NCBI GenBank assembly: GCA_041166945.1
Contig: JBEEGQ010000183.1
Span: 742 to 64,741 of the forward strand
DNA: 64,000 nt
Reading direction: 5' to 3'
Source of the DNA: Verrucomicrobiota bacterium
GTDB taxonomy: Bacteria > Verrucomicrobiota > Verrucomicrobiia > Limisphaerales > JADJPG01
The position numbers and the translations under genes are program-made. Shown here piece after piece: positions 28,416 through 37,053 of the stretch; the stretch's first letter is position 1; each line of letters begins with the position of its first letter. The notes under the pieces are model-generated. The model worked only from the letters and a program-made list of their open reading frames with translations, ran no database searches and had not been told where the DNA came from.

Positions 28416-29792
28416 TTACCCTGGAATCGGCACAATGGTATCGTAACTCAACGCCGGTATGACCTTCCCTTCACCGGTCTTGATCTGGCGGGTCTTTTCA
28501 TCGAAGAACAGCATCAAGCCCAGCCGCTCGCTCATCTCCGCCAGGCAGAGCACTGTGTGGGCGCGAATCGCCAATCCGATGTCCGCCAATGGCGTCTTGC
28601 CGGTGCGGATGCAATCAAACCAGTTCTTTTCCAGCCGCGGAATATCCGCCAGCGGCTTCGGATCCTTGAAATGCTCCATCTCCAACTCCTCGACAAACGG
28701 CCGCTCCGGCCGAATCTCCACGTCGTTGGCGGTGCTCGAAAAATAAATGGTGCCTTTCCGCCCGCGGATCATGTCCTGCAACCCCTGCTCGTTCACCGTG
28801 CTGCCCGCGACGCAAAATGTCAGCCCGTTCGGAAATTCCGCCAGCAGATGGGTCGTGTCGGTGATTTCGCGATCCGTTGAAACCTTGCGCGTCCCCAGGC
28901 AGGTCACTCGCCGCGGAAATTGCGGGTCGCCCGTCGCCAGCATCAGCGGCAGGAATTTATGCGGAAGCAAATTTCCCAGGATCCCGGAATTGTAGGCGTA
29001 AAATTTGTGCCATGAAAAATAATGCTCGGGATTGAACGGCACCTTCGACGCCTTCCCCAGCCATCGATACCAATCCAGGTTCGTCTCCTTCAGATCCGGG
29101 TCCACCGGATAGGTCCATTCAGTCCGGTTGTCCTTGTTGTTCTTGTCCTGACGGCAATACGAGCCCTGCGCCCATACCAGCGGGCCGAGCTTGCCGCCTC
29201 TGATCCATTCCGCCGCCTTGTGGTACATCGGGTCCGCACAAAACTGTGAGCCAAGCTGGAAGGTCTTTCCCGTCTTTCGCACGGTGTCATGGATCGCAAA
29301 TCCTTCATCCAGGTAGCGCGCCAGGGGTTTCTCTCCATAGACATGCTTGCCGGCTTCCATCGCGTCGATCGCCACCTGCGAATGCCATGTGTCCACCGTC
29401 GCCACCACCACCGCATCAATGTCTTTTCGCTCCAAAAGTTTCCGGTGATCCTTGAACCCGTCGGCATCCGTCAATCCCATGAACTTCTTCGCCGCGTCCA
29501 ATCGTTTGTCCCAAACGTCGCAGACCCCCGCCTGCACAATGTTGTTCTCCGATGCATGAAGTTTCTGCCCGCGGACATGCACCATCCCCTGCCCTCCCAC
29601 GCCCACATACGCGACCGCAATCCGATCATTCGCACCCACAACGCGGCTCGGTGAAGGCGCTTGGTTCTGACCGTAGACCGGGGTCTTCACGATGCCTGTG
29701 GCCGCCACCGCCGCAGTGGCCGCCGCGGCGGTTTTCAAAAAGGCCCGGCGGGAGCGGCGGGTGTTCGAGAGCGAAACATTGGGGTTCTTCAT
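28416..29792 (-). CDS. Gfo/Idh/MocA family oxidoreductase with twin-arginine signal
   Basis: From ATG at 29792: MKNPNVSLSNTRRSRRAFLKTAAAATAAVAATG (Tat). Then IAVAYVGVGGQG (Rossmann) and HVYGEKPLA. Confidence 0.8.
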   Translation of the reverse strand: MKNPNVSLSNTRRSRRAFLKTAAAATAAVAATGIVKTPVYGQNQAPSPSRVVGANDRIAVAYVGVGGQGMVHVRGQKLHASENNIVQAGVCDVWDKRLDAAKKFMGLTDADGFKDHRKLLERKDIDAVVVATVDTWHSQVAIDAMEAGKHVYGEKPLARYLDEGFAIHDTVRKTGKTFQLGSQFCADPMYHKAAEWIRGGKLGPLVWAQGSYCRQDKNNKDNRTEWTYPVDPDLKETNLDWYRWLGKASKVPFNPEHYFSWHKFYAYNSGILGNLLPHKFLPLMLATGDPQFPRRVTCLGTRKVSTDREITDTTHLLAEFPNGLTFCVAGSTVNEQGLQDMIRGRKGTIYFSSTANDVEIRPERPFVEELEMEHFKDPKPLADIPRLEKNWFDCIRTGKTPLADIGLAIRAHTVLCLAEMSERLGLMLFFDEKTRQIKTGEGKVIPALSYDTIVPIPG

Positions 29793-29975
29793 AGGTTTTG
29801 ACGAATAAGGCGATGGCACGAGGTTACCCCGGCATGTCATTGGGTCAACAGCGAATCAACCCCCGGCCCACTCGCCAACCGACGCAGCGCCTCGGGCCCG
29901 GAATGAGAATGCCAGCAGAACCCCACGCGGCACTTGCAGTCCGGCCCGTCCCTTGGCTCAATCGACCAGCCAGCC

Positions 29976-30494
29976 ATGATGTGCATCGTTCCAGCCACCG
30001 CCACTGACATCCCGGCGCTCCAACACCTCGCCCATCGCATCTGGCACGAATATTATCCCGGCATCATTAGTCGCGCTCAGATCGATTACATGCTGGCACG
30101 AATGTATGCCCCTGAAACCATCGCGCGGGAACTGTCGAATGGCGTCCGCTGGGAGATCGTGCGGTGGTCCGGAGAGTCGGTCGGCTTCCTCTCCTTCGAA
30201 TTCATCGACGCCCCGCCGCATTTGAAACTCCATAAACTTTATCTCCTGCCCGCGCTTCACGGCCAGGGCATCGGCCGCGACATGCTCGAACACGTCAAGA
30301 CCCAGTGCTCGAATAGGGGCGCATCCGAAATCTGGCTTCAAGTCAACCAGCACAACACCCGCGCCCTCCGCGCCTATCAACGCGCCGGATTCCAAATCCG
30401 AAATCAAGTGGTCACCGACATCGGCCACGGCTTCGTCATGGACGACTTCATCATGACCCTGGGCGTCCCCAAGGGGTCAGTCCCTACTATTTGA
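29976..30494 (+). CDS. GNAT family N-acetyltransferase
   Basis: From ATG at 29976: MMCIVPATATDIPALQHLA... The acetyl-CoA motif is LYLLPALHGQGIGRDMLEHV, followed by ...NTRALRAYQRAGF. The last 10 codons and the stop (GVPKGSVPTI*) are encoded by the left arm of palindrome copy 1. Confidence 0.8.
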   Translation: MMCIVPATATDIPALQHLAHRIWHEYYPGIISRAQIDYMLARMYAPETIARELSNGVRWEIVRWSGESVGFLSFEFIDAPPHLKLHKLYLLPALHGQGIGRDMLEHVKTQCSNRGASEIWLQVNQHNTRALRAYQRAGFQIRNQVVTDIGHGFVMDDFIMTLGVPKGSVPTI

Positions 30495-30539
30495 ACTTTT
30501 TCATCATTGAGTTCAAATAGTAGGGACTGACCCCTTGGA
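30461..30539. repeat. 79-bp palindromic element, copy 1
   Basis: Perfect 29-bp stem: CCAAGGGGTCAGTCCCTACTATTTGAACT (30469-30497) with AGTTCAAATAGTAGGGACTGACCCCTTGG (30510-30538). The 12-nt loop is TTTTCATCATTG. No T-run follows on either strand. Confidence 0.95.
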
Positions 30540-30594
30540 GTTCGGGCTCGCTAGTTGTCACGGCAGAGAAGCAGAATTTCACCGCATCCGCGCC

Positions 30595-31815
30595 ATGCAT
30601 CACACCACGCAATACCTCCAGTCGGATTACACTGCGGAAAAGGGAATCGAGATTGGGGTGCTGGTTCATCACATTCTCACAGACGCCATCCAGGCTGGCG
30701 CGAGCGACGTTCATATCGAACCGTGGGAAAACACCATCGTGGTCCGGTTGCGCTTGAGCGGTGTTCTGACTGAACTCGTGCATCTGCCTCTGGACCTGAT
30801 GGAAAAGATCTCGGGCAGGTTCAAGGTGATGGCCAACCTGATCAGTTACCAGACGGGCTTGCCCCAGGAGGGACATGCTTCGGGAGGACCGGAATTGGGC
30901 GGCGTGGAACTGCGCATCTCGGTTTTTCCCACTACGCGCGGGGAGAAAATTGTCGTGCGCCTGTTCGATCCCCGCAATCGCAGCTTCAACCTGTCCACAC
31001 TGGGCTTCGATGAATCTGTCGAGCGCCAGTGGCTCAAGCTGCTCGCGCGTCCGAGCGGGTTGTTGTTGCTGACCGGCCCAACGGGCTCGGGCAAGACGAC
31101 GGCGATCTATTCGTCCCTCCACCAAATCGTCCAGCGAACTGGGCCCGCCGTGAGCATCAGCACAGTCGAGGATCCGGTGGAATTTAATCTCCCGATGATC
31201 AGCCAGGCTCAAATCAATCCTGTGCAGGATTTCACCTATCCGAAGGCGCTGCGTTCGCTGATGCGTCAGGATCCACAAGTAATCATGATTGGCGAAATCC
31301 GCGACCCGGAAACGGCGAACATCGCGGTCCAGGCCGGGCTGACCGGACATCTGGTCATCAGCACCATCCACAGCGGCATTGCCGCGGGAGTTTTCGCGCG
31401 CTTGATCAACATGGAGATCGAGCCATTCCTCCTGGCCTCCAGCATCATCGGCATCCTCAGCCTCCGGCTCGTTCGCAAGAATTGTCCGGATTGCCTGCAA
31501 CCGTATTCCCCGGAAGAAGGCGTGTTGAAAATGATGCCCGGAGACGAGATCGAACACGCGCGCTTCCTGAAGGGCGCCGGCTGCGCGCGCTGTTCGGATA
31601 CCGGCTTTCAGGGGCGAACCGCATTGACGGAATTGCTGGTTCCCGATGAAGTTTTCCGGGACGCTGCGCTGCAGAGGTTGCCGACGCGCGCCCTTCAGGA
31701 CATTGCGATCCAGCAAGGGATGCAAACGATGTGGATGGACGGGATCCACCGCGTGGTCCGCGGCGAGACGACTTTGGAGGAAATCGTCCGCGTCGTCGCC
31801 GCCGACCAAATCTGA
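30595..31815 (+). CDS. Orphan GspE/PilB-family secretion ATPase lacking the N-terminal T2SSE_N region
   Basis: 407 aa from ATG at 30595. SDVHIEPWENTIVVRLRLSGVL, Walker A GPTGSGKTT, VEDPVEF, Walker B VIMIGEIRD, His box GHLVISTIHSG, and CPDC...CARC. The 467-aa antisense ORF 30487-31890 is a shadow. Confidence 0.88.
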   Translation: MHHTTQYLQSDYTAEKGIEIGVLVHHILTDAIQAGASDVHIEPWENTIVVRLRLSGVLTELVHLPLDLMEKISGRFKVMANLISYQTGLPQEGHASGGPELGGVELRISVFPTTRGEKIVVRLFDPRNRSFNLSTLGFDESVERQWLKLLARPSGLLLLTGPTGSGKTTAIYSSLHQIVQRTGPAVSISTVEDPVEFNLPMISQAQINPVQDFTYPKALRSLMRQDPQVIMIGEIRDPETANIAVQAGLTGHLVISTIHSGIAAGVFARLINMEIEPFLLASSIIGILSLRLVRKNCPDCLQPYSPEEGVLKMMPGDEIEHARFLKGAGCARCSDTGFQGRTALTELLVPDEVFRDAALQRLPTRALQDIAIQQGMQTMWMDGIHRVVRGETTLEEIVRVVAADQI

Positions 31816-31852
31816 GCCGTAATCGATTTGCCTTACAACCCGTTCACAAAGA

Positions 31853-31960
31853 CTGCTAGCTGTGAAACAGGAAAAAGCCGCCGACCACAACGACGAGGCC
31901 GGCCAGTTTTAAAAACACCGGACGGCGGGCGGCATGCCAGTGGGTGCGGCAAAACATCAT
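31853..31960. repeat. 108-bp direct repeat: extra copy of the 3' end of gene 32046-32774 (partner at 32043-32150)
   Basis: 106/108 identical to 32043-32150; both differences are A/G. On the minus strand it encodes MMFCRTHWHAARRPVFLKLAGLVVVVGGFFLFHS*, identical to the C-terminus of the intact gene. Confidence 0.95.
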
Positions 31961-32039
31961 GGGCGTCCCCAAGGGGTCAGTCCCTACTATTTGAACTTTT
32001 TTATCATGGAGTTCAAATAGTAGGGACTGACCCCTTGGA
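31961..32039. repeat. 79-bp palindromic element, copy 2
   Basis: Identical to copy 1 except at two loop positions (TTTTTATCATGG). The stems are 31969-31997 and 32010-32038. The offset from copy 1 is exactly 1500 bp. Confidence 0.95.
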
Positions 32040-32045
32040 AGGCTG

Positions 32046-32774
32046 CTAGCTGTGGAACAGGAAAAAGCCGCCGACCACAACGACGAGGCCGGCCAGTTTT
32101 AAAAACACCGGGCGGCGGGCGGCATGCCAGTGGGTGCGGCAAAACATCATTGTGATGATGCCCGCCACGAATGTGCCGATCAGCACGGCGATTCCCCAAC
32201 CGGGGCTCGTTCGGAAAGCGGCGCCCACCAGCCAGACGTGTCCCGCGGCGATGGTGAGAAAGCCCAATCCCAGGAGCCCCGTCCCGGCGATGTTTCGAAT
32301 GGTCCAATGAAACGGCTCATCATGGGTGGATTCGCACTGGGCTTTGTCATCCGGTCCGCCCTCCGCTTCCGCGGTCGCGGTTTCACGTGCCTTGATGGGT
32401 GTCGCCCCGCTGCTGCGCGGTGAGGAGCTGGCATTTCCGGCGCGTTCGCTGACGCCGAGGTTCAGAGCCCCCCGGCCCAGCTGGCTGAGCGCATCGGGCT
32501 CCAGATCTTCCAACAGAACGGTCGCGAATCCCTGCGCGGACCGGAATGAAACGTGCCGTTTGGAAATGTCGACGATGGTCACCTTTGTGTAGGCGGTGCC
32601 CCGCACGGTCAGCGTATCAAAGGCGCGCCCCGAAGGTGGCGGGTCCACCGCACGCGTCGACGGAACGAAAAAAAGCGTGAGCGCGATCACAACGCCCGCG
32701 AAGAGCCACGATGGAAATCCCGCATCAACGCGGGCTTGGATTTGTTCGCCGGGCACAACAATGGAGGCTTTCAT
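32046..32774 (-). CDS. Hypothetical membrane protein
   Basis: 242 aa. N-terminal TM (WLFAGVVIALTLFFV), a small beta-rich domain, a Ser/Ala-rich linker, and three C-terminal TM helices. No recognisable motif. Confidence 0.6.
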   Translation of the reverse strand: MKASIVVPGEQIQARVDAGFPSWLFAGVVIALTLFFVPSTRAVDPPPSGRAFDTLTVRGTAYTKVTIVDISKRHVSFRSAQGFATVLLEDLEPDALSQLGRGALNLGVSERAGNASSSPRSSGATPIKARETATAEAEGGPDDKAQCESTHDEPFHWTIRNIAGTGLLGLGFLTIAAGHVWLVGAAFRTSPGWGIAVLIGTFVAGIITMMFCRTHWHAARRPVFLKLAGLVVVVGGFFLFHS

Positions 32775-32910
32775 ATTTTCAGCATCGTTCTTCCGTTAAG
32801 AAATATCGGCACACCCGCGCCCGGTCTTGATTCGCCCCCCAACCGCCCGGCGTTATCTGCCGGGCGTTGACAGCTTGGCGAACGGAGGTCCAGCCGCTAG
32901 GGTTGGGGGC

Positions 32911-34005
32911 GTGACGCGCCTCCCATTGCACCAGTTTCACGAAGGTCTGGATGCCCGCTTCGGGGTGGTGAACGATTCTGAGGTAGTAAACGATTATGGC
33001 GCTCCCCTCGCCGAGCACGCCGCCTTGAACGGCGTTGCGGGGATCATCGACCTGAGTTTTCGCAGCCGGCTTTGTGTCACGGGCGCGGATCGCGCGCGCT
33101 TTCTTCATGGCCAGGTCACCAACTCTGTTCAGGACCTCCAACCCGGCCAGGGATGCTACGCGGCGCTCGTGACGGCCAAAGGCCGGATGGAATCCGATCT
33201 CAATGTGCATTGCCTGCCGGAGGAGTTGCTCCTGGATTTCGAACCCGGACTGGGCGGACGCATCAGCGATCGCCTCGAACGATTCAGCGTCGCGGACGAC
33301 GTCCAAATCGTGGATGTCATGCCCCATTACGGATTTTTGTGTGTGGTCGGCCCAAAAGCCGACCGCGTGATGGCCGCGATGGGATTGGACATTCCTGCCG
33401 AGCCGATGGGCTCCGTCACGATTCACGACGCAGAGGCCGGGGAGATCCTCGTTGTGAATCGCCCATGGGGAAAAATTGCCGGCTTGGATTTATTCGTGCC
33501 GACTCTCGCGCTCGAGAGCGTGGCAGGACGCGCAATTGTCGCGGCGAAGGCGTTGTCGGGATGCGCCTGCGGCTGGGAGGCGCTGGAGGCAATTCGGATT
33601 GAGGCGGGGCTGCCGCGGTTCGGCATCGATATGGACGAGACAAATCTGGCCCCCGAAACCGGCATCGAGGCTCGAGCGATCCGGTATGACAAAGGATGTT
33701 ACATCGGCCAGGAGGTGATCAACAAACTCCACACCTTTGCTCACGTCACAAAATCCTTGAAGGGAATGCGCCTGGAAAATCAACTGCCGGCCCTGCCGGC
33801 TCGGGGACAGAAACTTTACTGCGACGGCAAGGAGGCGGGTTATGTGACGAGCGCCATAGCGTCACCGGCGTTCGCACGAAACATTGCGTTAGGTTATGTG
33901 CGTCGTGAATTCGACACGCCCGGAACCAGGCTCGCATTCCAATCGGCCGGTGGCGAATCCGAAGCGACGATTGTTCCTTTGCCCTTCGACAAGGCCAGCC
34001 TCTGA
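32911..34005 (+). CDS. ygfZ: Folate-binding YgfZ/GcvT-family protein (aminomethyltransferase fold)
   Basis: KGCYIGQEVINKLHTF matches the YgfZ K-G-C-Y-x-G-Q-E signature. WEALEAIRIEAGLPRFGIDM is also present. The start is uncertain: I chose GTG at 32911, and the TTG at 32827 from the track is possible. Confidence 0.72.
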   Translation: MTRLPLHQFHEGLDARFGVVNDSEVVNDYGAPLAEHAALNGVAGIIDLSFRSRLCVTGADRARFLHGQVTNSVQDLQPGQGCYAALVTAKGRMESDLNVHCLPEELLLDFEPGLGGRISDRLERFSVADDVQIVDVMPHYGFLCVVGPKADRVMAAMGLDIPAEPMGSVTIHDAEAGEILVVNRPWGKIAGLDLFVPTLALESVAGRAIVAAKALSGCACGWEALEAIRIEAGLPRFGIDMDETNLAPETGIEARAIRYDKGCYIGQEVINKLHTFAHVTKSLKGMRLENQLPALPARGQKLYCDGKEAGYVTSAIASPAFARNIALGYVRREFDTPGTRLAFQSAGGESEATIVPLPFDKASL

Positions 34006-34208
34006 CTCCCCGGCGCGCGGCTTTTAAGCCGCTTCATCATTCGTCAGCACCCACGCCACCATTGATTCCGAACCTGCGAGCTCGTTCCTCTCCCGCCCAT
34101 CGGGCTCCATTTCTGAAATAGGGCGAGGGAGGGGGAGAGGAGGCGGCATCCGCCTGGATGGCTTTTCGCGTTGAACGATATGCGCGCACTCGCTTAGCGT
34201 TCGATTTC

Positions 34209-35180
34209 ATGAATGTGTTTGTCACCGGCGGCGCAGGCTATATCGGCTCCGTTTGCGTGGAACAACTTCTCGACGCCGGCCATGGGGTAACGGTGTTCGA
34301 TAATCTTTCGGAAGGCCACCGCGATGCTGTCGATCCGAGGGCCACTTTTGTGCATGCCTGTCTGAGTGACGAACCCGCTTTGCGCAGCGCGCTCTCCAAA
34401 TCAGGAGCCACCGCGGTCATCCATTTCGCCGCCCATGCGCTCGTCGGCGAGTCGATGACCAATCCGGGGAAGTATTTTGGAAACAACGTCGGGAACGGCA
34501 TCAAGCTGCTGAACGCCGCGGTGGAGGCGGGGGTCACGAAATTTGTTTTCAGTTCGACCTGCGCCACCTATGGCCCCCCGGCGAGCGTTCCGATCACCGA
34601 GGAGACGCCGCAGCAGCCCATCAACCCGTACGGCGAATCGAAGCTGATGTTCGAGCGGATCCTGCAATGGTACCATCAGGTGCATCGCCTGGAATTTGTC
34701 GCCTTCCGCTATTTCAACGCCGCCGGCGCGAGCGCCCGTTTCGGCGAACATCACCGGGTCGAGACCCATCTGATTCCCAATGTGCTGCGCGTCGCGTTGG
34801 GACAAGCCCCCCGGTGCGAAATTTTCGGCACGGATTATCCGACACCCGACGGGACGTGCATTCGCGATTACATTCATATCCTCGACATCGCCGAGGCGCA
34901 TCGCGTCGCGCTCGAGCCAGCGCGACAGGGTTTTTTCAACCTGGGCAACGGAGGCGGCTACTCGGTTCGCGACGTGATCCGCGCCTGTGAAAAGGTCACA
35001 GGCAAAAAGATCGCGGCCATCGAGCAACCACGGCGCGCCGGTGATCCGCCGCGCTTGATCGCGGCCGCGGACAAGGCCCGGCGCGAACTCGGTTGGTCTC
35101 CGCGTTTCCCCAACCTCGACGAAATTGTCCGGACGGCCTGGGCCTGGCACCAGCAGCATCCCACTGGCTACAAGTCTTGA
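34209..35180 (+). CDS. galE: UDP-glucose 4-epimerase
   Basis: From ATG at 34209: MNVFVTGGAGYIGSVCVEQLLDAGHGVTVFDNLSEGH. Further matches: ...SSTCATYG and YGESKLMFERIL (YxxxK). Confidence 0.9.
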   Translation: MNVFVTGGAGYIGSVCVEQLLDAGHGVTVFDNLSEGHRDAVDPRATFVHACLSDEPALRSALSKSGATAVIHFAAHALVGESMTNPGKYFGNNVGNGIKLLNAAVEAGVTKFVFSSTCATYGPPASVPITEETPQQPINPYGESKLMFERILQWYHQVHRLEFVAFRYFNAAGASARFGEHHRVETHLIPNVLRVALGQAPRCEIFGTDYPTPDGTCIRDYIHILDIAEAHRVALEPARQGFFNLGNGGGYSVRDVIRACEKVTGKKIAAIEQPRRAGDPPRLIAAADKARRELGWSPRFPNLDEIVRTAWAWHQQHPTGYKS

Positions 35181-35185
35181 GAATT

Positions 35186-36262
35186 GTGCGCACGGAACAT
35201 CTGAAGAACATTACCCGGCTCGTCCTTAAACTGGGCACGGGTGTGCTGACGGATGCGCGGAAGCGTCCGGACCCGGCGCAATTGGAACAACTCGTGGCCC
35301 AAATTGCAGCGCAGCGAAGCGCGGGCCGCGAAGTGGTGCTGGTCAGCTCGGGAGCTGTGGGCGCGGGAATGGGCGTCCTGGGCTACGAGAAACGGCCGGT
35401 CGCCATGGATGAATTACAGGCCTGCGCCGCCGTGGGGCAGTCACGGCTCATGGCGACCTATGATGTCCTCTTTTCCCGGTTCGGGCTTCACGTCGCACAG
35501 GTTCTTCTCACCCATGACGATCTCGCGCATCGCGAGCGGCATCTCAACGCGCGCAACACACTGGTGACGTTGTTGCGAAAGGGCGTGGTTCCGATCATCA
35601 ACGAAAACGATGCGGTTTCGTCCGCTGAAATAAAGTTTGGCGACAACGACACCCTTTCGGCCCTCGTCGCATCGCTCCTCCCCGCCGATCTGCTGGTCAT
35701 CCTCACGACGGTCGATGGTGTCGTGGAAAACTTCGGCGCTCCCTCAGCGCGGCTCATCTCGTTGATCGAGCGGGTGGATGATTCCATCGAGGAAATGGCG
35801 GGAGGCACCACCAGCGCTACGGCGGTTGGTGGTATGGCATCCAAAATACAGGCCGCAAAAATTGTCATTCGCAGCGGCATTCCGCTCGTCATCGCTTCCG
35901 GGCGAAAGCCCGCGGTGCTGCAGCATATTCTTGCCGGGGCCGACGAAGGAACTCTGTTCGTGCCGCAACCAGGTCGCTTGAAAGGGCATAAGCGCTGGAT
36001 CGCATTTTTCCATCATCCCAAGGGCGCCCTCGTGGTGGATGAAGGAGCGCGCAAGGCATTGCGGGATGATGGCAAGAGCTTGTTGCCGCCGGGGGTGAAA
36101 AGTTGTGAGGGAACATTTGCGCCGGGCGATGTGGTGCGCATCTGCGACCTCGACGGCACGGAGTTCGCCCGGGGCATTGCGCGGTTCGACGCGGCGGCCA
36201 TTCGCGCGGGAGGCTTGCCACGCGCCGAGGTCATTCATCGGGATGACCTGGTCATCCTGTAG
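35186..36262 (+). CDS. proB: Glutamate 5-kinase
   Basis: ITRLVLKLGTGVLTD, ...VVLVSSGAVGAG..., ...IINENDAV..., and a C-terminal PUA-like region. The start is GTG at 35186 (or TTG at 35177), just after the galE stop. The upstream part of ORF 35093 overlaps galE. Confidence 0.88.
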   Translation: MRTEHLKNITRLVLKLGTGVLTDARKRPDPAQLEQLVAQIAAQRSAGREVVLVSSGAVGAGMGVLGYEKRPVAMDELQACAAVGQSRLMATYDVLFSRFGLHVAQVLLTHDDLAHRERHLNARNTLVTLLRKGVVPIINENDAVSSAEIKFGDNDTLSALVASLLPADLLVILTTVDGVVENFGAPSARLISLIERVDDSIEEMAGGTTSATAVGGMASKIQAAKIVIRSGIPLVIASGRKPAVLQHILAGADEGTLFVPQPGRLKGHKRWIAFFHHPKGALVVDEGARKALRDDGKSLLPPGVKSCEGTFAPGDVVRICDLDGTEFARGIARFDAAAIRAGGLPRAEVIHRDDLVIL

Positions 36263-36267
36263 GATCT

Positions 36268-36963
36268 ATGAAACGCCGCTTTCGCCCGACGCGTCATGCG
36301 ATGAACGACCTGCTGAAGGTCATGGCTGTCTTGCGCTCGCCAGAGGGGTGTCCATGGGATCGTGAGCAAAACCATTTCACGCTGCGCCATCATGCGGTGG
36401 AGGAGGTTTACGAACTCATGGATGCCATCGAGGCCCGCGACGATCACGAGATGGCCGAGGAACTGGGCGATCTGCTCCTTCAGGTGGTGTTTCATTCCCA
36501 GCTCGCCCGGGAACGGAAGGCATTTAATTTCGAGGATGTGGCACGGCGAATTGTGGACAAGCTTGTGCGCAGGCATCCGCATGTTTTTGCCAACGGCCGG
36601 GCCCGCACAGTCGAGGCGGTCTGGGCTCAATGGGAGACGATCAAATCCGCGGAAAAAGCGGGAACGCGGCACGCCCGTCCGAGTCTTCTCGATGGCATTC
36701 CCCGTCATCTTCCGGCGCTGTTGCGCGCGGAGAAACTGGTCAAGAAAGCGCGCAAGGCGAAGCTACTTCCCGTTCCACCCGCTCGCGCTGCCTTGGCGAC
36801 GAAGAGAACGCTCGGGCGCCAGCTTTTTTCTTTGGCCGCTCGGGCCCAGGCAAAGGGCTGGTCTGCTGAGGCGCTCCTTCGCGACGAATCCCAGCGGCAG
36901 GAACGCGCCCTGCGGCGCCTGGAACGGACGCGAACTTCGAAGCGACCGACACGCCTGGCCTGA
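36268..36963 (+). CDS. mazG: Nucleoside triphosphate pyrophosphohydrolase MazG
   Basis: LLKVMAVLRSPEGCPWDREQNHFTLRHHAVEEVYELMDAIE, then EELGDLLLQVVFHSQLA. An alternative start is ATG at 36301. Confidence 0.85.
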   Translation: MKRRFRPTRHAMNDLLKVMAVLRSPEGCPWDREQNHFTLRHHAVEEVYELMDAIEARDDHEMAEELGDLLLQVVFHSQLARERKAFNFEDVARRIVDKLVRRHPHVFANGRARTVEAVWAQWETIKSAEKAGTRHARPSLLDGIPRHLPALLRAEKLVKKARKAKLLPVPPARAALATKRTLGRQLFSLAARAQAKGWSAEALLRDESQRQERALRRLERTRTSKRPTRLA

Positions 36964-37053
36964 CGACGAGGACGCACCAACTATTTCGGGATGCACCGGT
37001 TGATCCGTCAAGCCCTCGCTGGTTTTCTCCGATAGCAATCGAGGGAACACGTG

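Noticed and set aside
30469-30538. The 29-bp-stem palindromes, and the 5.9-kb and 18.6-kb palindromes, as simple Rho-independent terminators.
   Set aside because: None is followed by a U-run on either strand, unlike the terminators at 57845-57876 and 26950-26984. They may still pause or stop transcription, but they are better described as repeat elements.
30461-32039. Interpretation of the palindrome-flanked ATPase as an integron gene cassette with attC sites.
   Set aside because: No intI integrase, attI or Pc promoter is in the window. The hairpins are perfect 29-bp stems without the extrahelical bases or the R''/L''-L'/R' imperfect structure expected of attC sites. I keep it only as a remote alternative under the main finding.
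31856-32080. 74-aa minus-strand ORF crossing palindrome copy 2 and ending in the duplicated C-terminus MMFCRTHWHAARRPVFLKLAGLVVVVGGFFLFHS.
   Set aside because: It starts out of frame inside the real gene's 3' end and reads through the hairpin. It is most likely a by-product of the 108-bp duplication. Expression cannot be excluded without data.
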